64,000 nt of DNA from Macrostomum lignano. Its lineage: Eukaryota. The DNA is taken from the NCBI GenBank assembly GCA_002269645.1, contig NIVC01001355.1, forward strand, positions 62,001 through 126,000, in the 5' to 3' direction. A program made the translations under genes and the position numbers. Positions within the stretch are counted from its first letter, which is position 1. Every line of letters begins with the position of its first letter. The notes under the pieces were generated by a model. The model was not told the DNA's origin, did not search any database, and saw only the letters and a program-made list of their open reading frames with translations. Below are positions 52,401 through 63,949 of the stretch, piece after piece.

Positions 52401-52511
52401 ACTGTCTGCAGCAAAACTGCGGTGCCCTCGCTGACCATCCTGCAGTCCCAGCGGTGGCTCTTGTCGTTTGTAGTTCTGCTAAACTTGTTAGTTTTTAGTT
52501 CGGATTTCTAA
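38889..52511 (+). CDS. CACNA2D: Voltage-gated calcium channel alpha-2/delta subunit (unc-36/CACNA2D family); exons 38889-38986, 39144-39222, 40420-40539, 40767-40823, 40917-41166, 41269-41482, 41581-41731, 41859-41936, 42076-42306, 42694-42828, 43478-43570, (optional about 43830/43872-44102), 45077-45133, 45499-45690, 46572-46748, 47131-48161, 48392-48467, 48553-48605, 48690-48745, 49464-49923, 52055-52244, 52392-52511; about 1305 aa without the optional exon
   Basis: Signal peptide MDLTVTVVLFALICLS; HVPPNIY; NWTGSLDDVF...LKWQYFGTTEGMFKIYPG; VWA MIDAS DNSGS and MLITDS; IRLFTFLIG, MACRNRGYFVQI; GVAGLDVP, NNGFILFHPEF; YLLDDSG; FDFQAVC; TNLMFVAV...NCDC; C-terminal hydrophobic GPI-signal-like tail. 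Junctions are GT-AG and in phase. The 45499 acceptor and 49923 donor are less certain. The paralog number cannot be assigned. Confidence 0.92.
42968..43240 (-). mobile_element. tRNA-derived SINE, family A copy
   Basis: Minus-strand B-box-like GGCTCGATTCC (43185-43195); body cccatgaggaccaacccccaaggcacag...gtgtacatgcct shared with 46830-47037 and 61503-61637. Confidence 0.65.
45863..46430. repeat. 40-bp tandem repeat (taggcagcgagggagagagataagaataacaagcttgaac) ending in (GA)n
   Basis: Period 40 visible. Confidence 0.96.
46830..47037 (-). mobile_element. tRNA-derived SINE, family A copy with the clearest head
   Basis: Minus strand GTGGCTCATAGGT (A-box-like) and GGGTTCGATTCC (B-box, 46973-46984); body homologous to 42968-43240. 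Confidence 0.7.
48929..49160 (+). mobile_element. tRNA-derived CORE-SINE (MIR-like core domain)
   Basis: tRNA-like head with GGTTCGATTC (48980-48989), then GTCCTTGAGCAAGACACTTAACTCT...CTTCAGTT...CTGTAAAATGGG, matching the CORE consensus GACCTTGGGCAAGTCACTTAACCTCT...CCTCAGTTT...CTGTAAAATGGG. Confidence 0.75.
49950..51970. repeat. 57-bp tandem repeat (about 35 copies) filling an alpha-2/delta intron
   Basis: Period 57 (catcatccat at 49981 and 50038); source of the MLSVLVPHHPSAHGLTNTS ORFs. Confidence 0.98.
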
Positions 52512-53074
52512 TAATCTACCGAGCGAACAGTATTGAACTTTGAAACTTTGTACACATAGCTGCAGCTGCATGTTTTGTTCGAAAATCTGGTTAAATTTGA
52601 ATACATCGAATCGAATTTAAGCGTCTTCATCAATTAGCCAGACCAGTTCAAGCTTCTATGTAAAACAGTTTATTAATAATTTATTAGAAAGTGTTCCTCA
52701 CCGCCTGCTTAACTCTCTCTCTCTCTCTGTTGCTATTGTTCACTTTGCCAATTGCCTGTTGTATGTGCCGATTTGCTTCCATTGTTACAAATAACTTACA
52801 TTATAATAAACAGTGAATACGCGCACTTAAAATGCATTAATCCTTCTTAAATTCATTTCCGAATAAAAGCTCTTACCTGAATAATGAATTCGAAAGACCT
52901 CAGAGATAAACCATATAAAGATAGACCTCAAGGACTACGTAGGCTTACTGATGGTTAAGGGCGTCTCATTACGACTTCGGACTGCAGGTCATCGACCTTG
53001 CAGATGCTCGAGAACGTGGCAAGCGTCGAAATACAAGAGGTACACGAGCTGTGGGCATCCAACTCCCCAACCCC

Positions 53075-53110
53075 AAGTCTAACCCTAACCCAAACCCTAA
53101 CCCAAACCTA
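53075..53110. repeat. Short degenerate (CCCTAA)-like tract
   Basis: ctaaccctaacccaaaccctaacccaaacctaa. Confidence 0.6.
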
Positions 53111-53595
53111 ATTAAATTAATTCCCGTTTATATTTACAGAACACAGATCACTTACGCTAATTTCTTGCAAAATTTGCTTTGATCCTTGCAATAATAAGCA
53201 AATTGGGAATCTCAGCAACGTCAACTAAAGTGGAGTAACGTCAACTAAATGACTGAAACACAATAACATCTTCCTGGTTATTTTAAATTCTAGAACTTCT
53301 ACTCTCTCGTTTATCAGTCCGTTAAAACTCAAATAGGATATTTAGGTATTATTTTACTGGAGTGCTCAAAAATATTTGAAAAGTATAGAGAGGCGTGATT
53401 AATATTAACCAATTTCTTGTGCAAAATCTTTCTGCTATTACACTACGTCTAAAGATCAATCCAATTATAAAGATTCAAGCCCGCTTTTTGGTGCTACGTA
53501 AGCGAACTTTCTAAGAAAAATTCGGTCCCAAATAGTTTGAAGCGTCTTCGTCGCAAAAACAACAAGCGTTGAGTCTTCAAGAGTTCCCCAAATGT

Positions 53596-56500
53596 TCACA
53601 CTTTATCGTCGGCATTTTTGATATTGTCTTCCTTGTTGTTATTAGCGGCAGCCAGGCTGACTCCTGTAGCGTAGCTGGTGCTCCGGCTGGAGCCTCTGTC
53701 AGCCGGGCGGCCAGTGCACCGCTTGAACGGTCGCAGCATTGGCGCACGGACGAAAGAGACGTCCTTGGCGTAGATGATCCAGTTGAAGCCGTAGAACACG
53801 GCGTACAGCGCGTTAAACAGCAGGCCGAGACCGCTGGTGAACAGCACGTTCAGGTAGAAGCCGACCGGATCGTCTCTGGAGTTGGCGGCGATCGAGTAGA
53901 CGGTGCCGACGCCCAGCACAGCGGCAGCTGGCACCAGGGTGACCATGTAGAACATGCTCAGGCTGAAGATCAGCAGCGTCACCCTGGCCGCTTTGCGCTC
54001 CTCCTTGGCGTTCTGCTGCGACTGTTGAGTCTGCTGCGAGCACTTCTGACTGCTCTGACGGATCTGGCGAATCCGGCAGGCCAAGAAGGCGTTGAAGCCC
54101 AGGATGACCAGCGAGACGATGCCGCCTCGCTGCAGCAGGAACAGGTAGATGGTCACGATGCTGCGCTGGACAGGCAGCCGAGACGGGACGAAGCACATGG
54201 TTGTCAGCACAGGGATGTCAGCGGAGCTCAACGTCTGGCTGATCTCGAACAGGCCGGGCACCGGCGTGGCGCAGCCCAGGGCCAGCAAGCCTGCGAGGGC
54301 GGCAAGGATATAGTGCTGAGTCTGATGTGGCTCATGACTCAAGCCTATTCTATCATTGACCCAAGCCTATTCTATCATTGACCCAAGCCTATTCTATCAT
54401 TGACCCAAGCCTATTCTATAATGACTCAAGCCTATTCTATCATGACTCAAGCCTATTCTATCATGACTCAAGCCTATTCTATCATGACTCAAGCCTATTC
54501 TATCATGACCCAAGCCTATTCTACCATGACCCAAGCCTATTCTATCATTGACCCAAGCCTATTCTATCATGACTCAAGCCTATTCTACTATGACTCAAGC
54601 CTATTCTATCATGACTCAAGCCTATTCTACCATGACTCAAGCCTATTTTACCATGACCCAAGCCTATTCTATCATTGACCCAAGCCTATTCTATCATGAC
54701 TCAAGCCTATTCTACTATGACTCAAGCCTATTCTATCATGACTCAAGCCTATTCTACCATGACTCAAGCCTATTTTACCATGACCCAAGCCTATTCTATC
54801 ATGACTCAAGCCTATTCTATCATGACTCAAGCCTATTTTACCATGACCCAAGCCTATTCTATCATTGACCCAAGCCTATTCTATCATGACTCAAGCCTAT
54901 TTTACCATGACCCAAGTCTATTCTATCATGACTCAAGCCTATTCTACCATGACCCAAGTCTATTCTATCATGACTCAAGCCTATTCTACCATGACCCAAG
55001 TCTATTCTATCATGAGTCAAGCCTATTCTACCATGACCCAAGTCTATTCTATCATGACTCAAGCCTATCCCATCATGACCCAAACTTATTCTGTCATGAC
55101 CCAGGTCTAACATATTATGACTCAAGCCGATTGGGTTCTGACAAAAATTAATAAGACGTAGGAGTATAGCAATGATTTGATCTTATCTCTCACAGCTCTA
55201 AGCTAGCTGACTCCATTCATCTGTTTAACTTTGATCATCACAACCAAACTGATTTGTGCAATAAAGATAGAGTCGAGCCTGACTTAACTTTCGGGAATTC
55301 TTTAATTTTACCGCTCTGTCTGCATTTAAAAGTACAAACGGACAAACAGATATGGAGAAACTAGGTTTCGTCAATGATAGATAGCTTTGCATAGCAAATA
55401 TATGGATTGAGATTTGAGAAATCAGAAGAAACTCGATAACGGGAAGTCTTTTTTCTGAGCTCTCGATAAAAACGAGTTTGAATTACACATTAGACTCCCG
55501 TCTCTACCAGTTTTAGAGCCACACTATCGGTTTAATGAAAGTTAAAGCCCAATTAAAAAAGTTTAGACCGTTCTCTAAACCTACCCGACTCTATACTACT
55601 CCTTGACCGAGATAGACACCTGACTCTCTCACAGTCTCTGGCCAAGATAGACACCTGAATGACTCTCCACAGTCTCCGGCCATGATAGACACCTGACTCT
55701 CTCACAGTCTCTGGCCAAGATAGACACCTGAATGACTCTCCACAGTCTCCGGCCATGATAGACACCTGACTCTCTCACAGTCTCCGGCCATGATAGACAC
55801 CTGAATGACTCTCTCACAGTCTCCGGCCATGAAAGACACCTGAATGACTCTCTCAGTCTCTGGCCATGATAGACACCTGAATGACTCTCTCACAGTCTCC
55901 GGCCATGATAGACACCTGACTCTCTCACAGTCTCCGGCCATGATAGACACCTGAATGACTCTCTCACAGTCTCCGGCCATGAAAGACACCTGAATGACTC
56001 TCTCAGTCTCTGGCCATGATAGACACCTGAATGACTCTCTCACAGTCTCCGGCCATGAAAGACACCTGAATGACTCTCCACAGTCTCCGGCCATGATAGA
56101 CACCTGACTCTCTCACAGTCTCTGGCCAAGATAGACACCTGAATGACTCTCCACAGTCTCCGGCCATGATAGACACCTGACTCTCTCACAGTCTCCGGCC
56201 ATGATAGACACCTGAATGACTCTCTCACAGTCTCCGGCCATGAAAGACACCTGAATGACTCTCTCAGTCTCTGGCCATGATAGACACCTGAATGACTCTC
56301 TCACAGTCTCCGGCCATGAAAGACACCTGAATGACTCTCTCACAGTCTCCGGCATAGATAGACACCTGACTCTCTCACAGTCTCTGGCCAAGATAGACAC
56401 CTGACTCTCACAGTCTCTGGCCAAGATAGACACCTGACTCTCCTACAGTCTCTGGCCAAGATAGACACCTGACTCTCACAGTCTCTGGCCAAGATAGACA

Positions 56501-57668
56501 CCTGACTCTCCTACAGTCTCTGTCTCGGACTGCTCAGCCATGCCATGAAATGCTCGAACCTATTCCAGCCGCCGCAAACTTGCTCAGCTTCAGCCCGTAG
56601 CTCCGATAGCTGAACGGCAGGGTCAACGCGTGCAGCCGGTCCACCACCAGAGCCACCATAAGCAGCATGGCGAATCCGTTGGCAAAGTTCATGACGAACC
56701 CCCAGAACTTGCAGAACCAGTCCGCCGGGTACATTGGGAACTGGAACTCGCCGCGGGTGAACCGGAAAGTGCCGCGATCAACCTAACACGGCGGTGGTTT
56801 TTCGTCGATAGAAGATTTATGAAAGATTAAAATCGGATTAGCGATTGGGGATTAGCGATTGGGGATTAGGGATTGAGGATTAGCGATTAGGCATTAGGGA
56901 TTAAGGATTAGGGACAGAGGATTAGCGATTGAGGATTAGGGATTGAGGATTAGCGATTAGGCATTAGGGATTAAGGATTAGGGACAGAGGATTAGCGATT
57001 GTGAATTAGCGATTCGGGAACAGGGATAGAGGATTTTCTATTGGTGATTAGGGACTGGGAATTAGCGATGGGGGATTAGGGATAGAGGATTAGCGATTGA
57101 GGAATAGAGACTGAGGAAGAGCGATTCGGTATTAGGGATTCGGAATTAGGGACTGAGGATTAATGATTCGGGATAGAGGATTAGCGATTGGGGATTAGAG
57201 ATAAAGGATTAGCGATTGAGGATTAGCAATTGGGAAATTAGCGATGGGGGGAGTAAATTTTTGATGCCGGGGATTAGGCGTTCGACACCGGAGATCAGAA
57301 TCGAGGATTAAGGATCAAAGACTTGGGGATCGTACCGTCTGCGAGAAGAACTGGTGCGACACGATCAGCGCATTGGTGGGCAGCAGGCAGCAGATGTACA
57401 CGTGCGGCTTCGACCAACGCGACCTCGAGCGCAGCATCAGGACGAAGGCGACGAGGTTGCCAAGCAGGCCAACCAGAAAGCAAGTCGGCACCACAATCAG
57501 CGCCACCCAGTTGTTGATCTCCTCCAGTATGAGGATCCGGTTGAAGAGCTCCCGGTACCAGGCGTCGCGGCGAATGGCGGACTGGAGCAGCCGAAAGAAC
57601 ATGGCGTAGCGATTGGGCATCCCGCCGCTGCTACCGCCGCCGCCGCCTCCAGTGCTGTTGCTCTCCAT
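53596..57668 (-). CDS. Rhodopsin-like (class A) GPCR, divergent orphan/peptide-receptor type; exons 57668-57336, 56782-56560, 54290-53596; 416 aa
   Basis: Seven hydrophobic segments; TM1 GLLGNLVAF, TM3 WFCKFW...VVDRL, ECL2 Cys (TMCFVP), TM6 TLVP, TM7 FNWIIY; N-terminal NST sequon; GT-AG junctions in phase (0,1); total 1251 nt. Confidence 0.88.
54330..55125. repeat. 21-bp tandem repeat (atgactcaagcctattctatc) in GPCR intron 2
   Basis: Visible units; source of the MTQAYSI ORFs. Confidence 0.96.
55605..56522. repeat. 34-39-bp tandem repeat (gatagacacctgaatgactctctcacagtctccggccat) in GPCR intron 2
   Basis: Visible units with length variants. Confidence 0.95.
56835..57275. repeat. Degenerate GATTAG(G/C)G simple repeat in GPCR intron 1
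   Basis: Repeated gattaggg/gattagcg/gattgagg; includes a duplicated block. Confidence 0.9.
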
Positions 57669-57728
57669 GCTTACGGAATTCAAAGTGTTTCTATTCTCGA
57701 CTCACTGTCGGGAAAGTGATCGGGGTTT

Positions 57729-57765
57729 TATTTATAGAGATTCTGACTGCGTGGCGGCAGCCAAT
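57729..57765 (-). promoter_or_regulatory. Putative GPCR core promoter: TATAAATA (57736-57729) and a CCAAT element (57761-57765)
   Basis: Canonical TATA on the minus strand about 60 nt upstream of the ATG with a CCAAT about 25 nt further upstream; positional inference only. Confidence 0.45.
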
Positions 57766-57859
57766 TAGAGGTGGCTTTAAAGCCGATTCTAATAAACATT
57801 TTAATGATCGAAATTTGCTCTATGTTCGGATTGGGCAATCTCAGCCAGTGGGATGGTCA

Positions 57860-58320
57860 GGGTTTAAGCTGAGATAGTCATGGTTTAGAGTGAGATGGTC
57901 ATGGTTTAGAGGGAGATGGTCATGGTTTAGAGTGAGATGGTCTTGGTTTAGAGTGAGATGGTCATGGTTTAGGGTGAGATGGTCATGGTTTAGAGGGAGA
58001 TGGTCATGGTTTAGGGTGAGATGGTCATGGCTTACAGTGAGATGGTCATGGTTTAGGCTGAGATGGTCACAGTTTAGGGTGAGATGGTCACAGTTTAGGG
58101 GGAGATAGTCATGGCTTACAGTGAGATGGTCATGGTTTAGGGTGAGATGGTCATTGTTTAGGGTGAGATGGTCATGGTTTAGGGTGAGATGGTCATGGTT
58201 ACGCTGAGATGGGCATGGTTTAGGGGGAGATAGTCACAGTTTAGGATGAGATGGTCGAAATTTAGGGTGAGATGGTCACAGTTTAGAGTGGTTCATGGGT
58301 TTCTAGAGTGAGATGGTCAT
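57860..58320. repeat. 21-bp tandem repeat (ggtttagggtgagatggtcat)
   Basis: Visible units, many containing TTAGGG. Confidence 0.93.
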
Positions 58321-58902
58321 GAGCTAAAGTGACTATGATAGACTCCAAGATGATGATGATCCAGAATATGATAGTGACGTGTCATAGTCAAGAGTCATAG
58401 CAGTTCACAGCAGTTTATAGTCAGTGCGTGCACATGCTTAAAATTGAGTCATGGTAATCTCACGATACTGAATTACCGATGCCAATCGTTCTCAGACTAA
58501 AGCATGGAATAAGATAACTGAGATTAGAAGTTAGAACCAACCCTTAAGTTTGGTCTGGGCGTGGTTTCATCCAGCAGAACTGGATTTTCGCGCCTTTCCT
58601 TTTGCTTTCCCTGTTGACCAAACATGTTTTGCACGAGAAGCACAGTCCTTCCAGTTCACTGGTCAAAAACTAACCATGCAGGTCAGAACTTTGTTGTTTG
58701 TCAAAGCAAAAATGAAAACTTTTGATTGAGGGTTCGAAAGAGATCGGTTTTGCGTGGCGTCTTTCATAAGATTGAATACAATTTCTTTATTTCTTGGTTT
58801 TCAAAGGAAATCAGTGACAAAGTTAAGGCAGAAGCGATAAACAAAGATAACTTTACTCTCTGAAGAATGCAACTTTGATTGATAGATCTGAGCAATCTGA
58901 GC

Positions 58903-59060
58903 AAAATCTGAGCACTTGCACACAAACGGTCAAGCCAGAAAATACTGGGTTTAAGAACCGCCGGCACGCGGCGGAGGGGGGGGGCGGAGGAGAGGTGGGC
59001 GAAGGGGGTGGGGTGGGGTTAACACACTGTATACACTGAAGCCCACGGAGCAGGCCTAGT
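58903..59060 (+). repeat. Interspersed GC-rich repeat, copy 2, ending in CTAGT
   Basis: Homologous to 26931-27079; ends gcccacggagcaggcctagt. Confidence 0.85.
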
Positions 59061-60214
59061 GTAAAATGACATTTCTTGCGCGACATCAAGTATGAGCGGT
59101 AGGAGTTCGACTTCCTGTCCAGCAACCCGGACCGACTCTGCAGAACCTGCCGTGCGCACGCAATATTCACCTCCAGGCACGACAGTTCATATCTCCATCA
59201 GGCCAGATAATTAACTGCAATTCAGTCAACGCCGCGTCCTTCCGCCGCTGTAACCGCACAGTCAACGCTTTTTTTTTCATTTAGAGCACCCGAAAACATG
59301 ATAACCTCGACATTTCCCATATTCGATGTTCAAAATTATTGTAATATTCTTCCTAGTTTACCTCCGTTTTATAACTGAATCTATGACACGCTACTAGCAG
59401 TAGTGAATTAAAAAGTTGTTTTTAAATTCTACCCATGTTAGGGGGAGAGAAGCGCCAGAACGAGTTGAGAGAGTGGAAGAGGATGGGGAAAACTCGAAAA
59501 CGCCAGCAGCTGCGAAGGAAGGTCCATAGGATCCAAGGCATTCGAATGTTCGTTCCAGCTTCACCTTCTGCTCCATCCCCAACCCCTGTTGGAGGCTGCG
59601 CACGTGGCTGGGAGAAGGGGGGAGGACGCGGTTCAGCCCCGGAGCCCCCAGCCTCTCTCTCCGAAACAGACAGAAACTTTATCGAGCGCAACTGCTGAGG
59701 GAAGCTGGGGGATGTGGTGGATAGTGGGATGCAGCTGGTCCTGTATTAGTCAGCAATGGGTGGCAGTCCCAATAGCCCTGCGCTGGGGGTTCGGTGCAAG
59801 ATGAAGGGGCGGGCGACGTGCCTGCCTCGCAAAGGTCTTACATATACTGACCAAGATTCCAGCTTCTACCTGGAGCGAAAGCGAAGTGAAGCCAGCAGAA
59901 ATTTCCCACCTTTAACGTCTGCATCGTGCGTATTCGAAGCAGCAACTCCATGGATTCTTCCACGGCAACCAGCGCTGGATCCAGCGGCGTCGCAAAAATT
60001 GCGGTGAGTCTGTGGGGATCAGATTTTGAATCCGGTCAGTCTCTCTAGGGCAATGCCGCTTCCCATTCACTGGGGCAGCCAAGGTACGATCGAGATTTCA
60101 CCGATTGAATGAAGCCGTGTAGGCCATTATACCCTATGACGTCACTGTGTTCAACACCTGCTTTGTCATGACGTCACACAACTTTTTATTGCGAGAAACA
60201 AGAGAAGACTGTGA

Positions 60215-61480
60215 GGAGAGACACAGCGGAGAGACACAGCGGAGAGACACACACTGGAGAGACACAGCAAAGAGACACAGCAAAGAGACACAGCGGAGAG
60301 ACACAGCGGAGAGACACAGTGGAGAGACACAGTGGAGAGACACAGCGGAGAGACACAGTGGAGAGACACAGCGAAGAGACACAGTGGAGAGACACACACT
60401 GGAGAGACACAGCGGAGAGACACAGCGGAGAGACACACACTGGAGAGACACAGTGGAGAGACACAGTGGAGAGACACAGTGGAGAGACACAGTGGAGAGA
60501 CACAAGGAAGAGACACAGTGGAGAGACACAGTGGAGAGACACAAGGAAGAGACACAGTGGAGAGACACAGTGGAGAGACACAGTGGAGAGACACAATGGA
60601 GAGACACAGTGGAGAGACACAGTGGAGAGACACAGCGGAGAGACACACACTGGAGAGACACAGTGGAGAGACACAGTGGAGAGACACAGTGGAGAGACAC
60701 AAGGAAGAGACACAGTGGAGAGACACAGTGGAGAGACACAGCGGAGAGACACACACTGGAGAGACACAGTGGAGAGACACAGCGGAGAGACAGTGGAGAG
60801 ACACAAGGAAGAGACACAGTGGAGAGACACAGTGGAGAGACACAGCGGAGAGACACACACTGGAGAGACACAGTGGAGAGACACAGTGGAGAGACACAAG
60901 GAAGAGACACAGTGGAGAGACACAGTGGAGAGACACAAGGAAGAGACACAGTGGAGAGACACAGTGGAGAGACACAGTGGAGAGACACAATGGAGAGACA
61001 CAGTGGAGAGACACAGTGGAGAGACACAGCGGAGAGACACACACTGGAGAGACACAGTGGAGAGACACAGCGGAGAGACAGTGGAGAGACACAAGGAAGA
61101 GACACAGTGGAGAGACACAGTGGAGAGACACAGCGGAGAGACACACACTGGAGAGACACAGTGGAGAGACACAGTGGAGAGACACAGCGGAGAGACACAG
61201 TGGAGAGACACAAGGAAGAGACACAGTGGAGAGACACAGTGGAGAGACACAGTGGAGAGACACAGTGGAGAGACACAGTGGAGAGACACAGTGGAGAGAC
61301 ACAGTGGAGAGACACAGTGGAGAGACACAGTGGAGAGACACAGCGGAGAGACAGTGGAGAGACACAAGGAAGAGACAGAGTGGAGAGACACAGCAAAGAG
61401 ACACAGCGGAGAGACACACAGCGGAGAGACACAGCAAAGAGACACAGCGGAGAGACACACAGCGGAGAGACACAGCAAAG
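60215..61480. repeat. 13-bp tandem repeat (cacagtggagaga variants)
   Basis: Period 13; stop-free in multiple frames, which explains the six overlapping 400+ aa ORFs. Confidence 0.98.
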
Positions 61481-61502
61481 AGGGTTGTCGTGCGTTTTAC
61501 AA

Positions 61503-61637
61503 CCCATGAGGGCCAACCCCCAAGGCACAGAGAGTGTACATGCCTGACAATTAGAAAGTCAGGGCCGCTGTACAAGGTACACCCTGTGTAGGTCGCATCC
61601 GCGCGCTTAGGAGTCTGCTGAATGAGCAGAATTGCCT
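61503..61637 (+). mobile_element. SINE family A body fragment (5'-truncated)
   Basis: cccatgagggccaacccccaaggcacag...gtgtacatgcct...agggccgctgtaca...atccgcgcgctt matches the reverse complement of 42968-43120. Confidence 0.7.
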
Positions 61638-61640
61638 TAA

Positions 61641-63949
61641 ACCGTGTAACAAAAATAAATAAAAATCTTGTCTTTCATTGAAAAATCGCTTTTTCTTAGT
61701 CTAGGTCAACTACTGAACCCAATTTAATCGCTGATTGCTTAAAAACTTTGGGTTGGCAAGCCTGACTTCAGTTATTTGAGATTATGTGTTTTGTATATGC
61801 TAAAAGCTATGTTTTTTCCTATTGATTTTCTTTTTTCATTCACTGAATACTTTTTTCAACAGTAGATGCTCTAGAGTGCATGTTAAGTCATATATTGGTA
61901 TGCCTGTGTGTTGATTTGTTCATTTGCTAACAACGTGGTACATGTATGCTACTCATTGCAGCCATTCATTTCAAAACGAATCGTTCAACGTTATTGTTGC
62001 TGACACCATAGCTTCAAGGGGATGTAAGTACGGAGCGGACAGCTTCTGCTACGTATGTGGCGAATTCTTTGCCAAGTCAGCAAAGAAACACAAGCTAGAT
62101 GGGCGTGCTGTGGCAAAACAAGCGTATCAGGCGTACTTTGGTATGCCAGTAGGTGACCAAAACAAGCCCTGGGCTCCGCATGTGATCTGCGAGTACTGCT
62201 GCCGCACACTTGAAGGCTGGTACAGAGGGGAAAAGCGAGCAATGCCCTTCGCTATTCCTAGAGTGTGGCGAGAGCCAACAGATCACCTAAATGACTGCTT
62301 CTTCTGCATGGTAGACCCAACCAAGAGGCGCAAGGGGAAGAATGCAACCCCAATCAGTTACCCTGACATTCCATCGTCAATGGCACCTGTTCCTCACAAT
62401 GCCAGCCACCTGCCTGTACCTCAGCCTCCCCAGGCGGCATCTACAGAAGAAGATGTCTACTCAGATGAGTCTGAAGAAGAGGTTGCTCTATCATCAGGCT
62501 GCAGAAGACGCCGGACTCACACTGTCACGAGATCTCCATACTATCCAAAGCAACAGGACATTAACGACCTTGTCCGAGATCTCTCTTTGACCAAGTCCAA
62601 TGCGGAGTTGCTCATCTCGCGCCTGAAGCAGTGGGATCTGCTTGATGACAGTGTTCGCGTTACTTTTCAGCGAGAGCGACATCGGGAATTCTCAGCTTTT
62701 TTTTACGCTTGAGGACAGATTCTGCTACTGTCATAATGTCAAAGGTCTCTTCGAAGCTATGAAAGTTCCTTGCATCACTGACCAATGGCGTCTGTTCATT
62801 GACAGTTCCTGCAGAAGTCTGAAGGTTGTGCTGCTCCACAACACCAACCGGCTGCCGTCCATTCCTCTGGCTCACTCGGTGCAGATGAAGGAAGAGCACT
62901 TTAATCTAAAGGTACTGTTGGATGCTCTGAAGTACAGGCAGTTCAACTGGGATATCATCGGTGACTTTAAAATGATTGGCCTGTTGATGGGACTTCAAGG
63001 TGGCTTTACCAAGTACCCATGCTACATCTGCCTCTGGGACAGCCGAGATACGAGCAACCACTACCGCAAGCGCAACTGGCCGCTGAGATCGGAGTATTTA
63101 GTTGGCTCACACAACGTCAAGTACGATCCACTAATCGATCCAGCAAAAGTGCTTATGCCACCATTGCACATGAAGCTCGGACTGATCAAGCAGTTTGTGA
63201 AGCAGTTGGATCAGACAGGCTCAGCTTTTGAGTACTTACAACACTTGTTTCCAAGGCTTTCGGAGGCAAAGGTCAAGGCTGGAGTTTTTGTTGGGCCGCA
63301 AGTGAAGCAACTGATTGATTCGGATGACTTTCCAAGCAAGCTCTCCAGAACTGAGCGAACTGCATGGAGAAGCTTTGTCGCAGTTGTGCAGGGCTTCCTT
63401 GGTAACCACAAGGCATCCAACTATAAGAAGCTCATTGAGGACCTGATTGAGTCGTACAGAAGAATGGGCTGTCGCATGTCACTAAAGCTACATATGCTTC
63501 ATTCTCATTTGGACGTCTTTTGCCGCAACATGGGTGACTACTCAGAAGAACAAGGAGAACGATTCCATCAGGACATCAAGGACTTTGAGGAGAGGTACAA
63601 AGGCCAGTACAATGAGAGTATGATGGGCGACTACGTGTGGAGCCTTCTGCGTGAAAGTGACCTGACCTACAACCGCAAAGCTCGCAAAAACATTGCTTTC
63701 TGATTGCCTTTTTTCCAATGATTACAACAAGGAAAACATTTCTGATAAATCTGCTGATGTATGAAGCCTAATAGTAAAATCTGTTCAGGTTAATATAATA
63801 ATATTTATTTATATAATATCACTAAGCTGAAGTATTATGTTTAAAACCGAAGTCTGGGATAAAAAAATACTATTTTTTACTTTATATTGGCATGACAAAT
63901 AGGAAAAAAAAACATTTTAGCCTAAAGACAAGTATAGTGTTACACGGTA
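61641..63949 (+). mobile_element. Chapaev3-type (CMC superfamily) DNA transposon
   Basis: Inverted termini ACCGTGTAACA (61641-61651) and TGTTACACGGT (63938-63948), with a further inverted cttgtcttt; transposase inside; TSD not resolved. Confidence 0.8.
62008..63703 (+). pseudogene. Chapaev3-type transposase, about 564 aa if repaired; start codon reads ATA and there is one extra T in a T8 run (62697-62704)
   Basis: N-terminal SFCYVCGEF...YFGMPVGDQNKPWAPHVICEYC...WREPTDHLNDCFFC zinc-binding region; catalytic region FIDSS, GDFK...TKYPCYICLWDSR, PPLHMKLGL, SEEQGERFHQDI. Removing one T joins ORFs 61924-62712 and 62642-63703 (EFSAFFTLEDRFCYC). Confidence 0.85.

Noticed and set aside
53569-54381. 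Plus-strand 270-aa ORF, and similar antisense ORFs over CADPS, MLH1 and GPCR exons
   Set aside because: Antisense shadows of GC-rich coding exons with no independent motifs.
60134-61591. Six overlapping 419-469 aa ORFs on both strands
   Set aside because: They are translations of a stop-free 13-bp tandem repeat; there are no family motifs or splice context.
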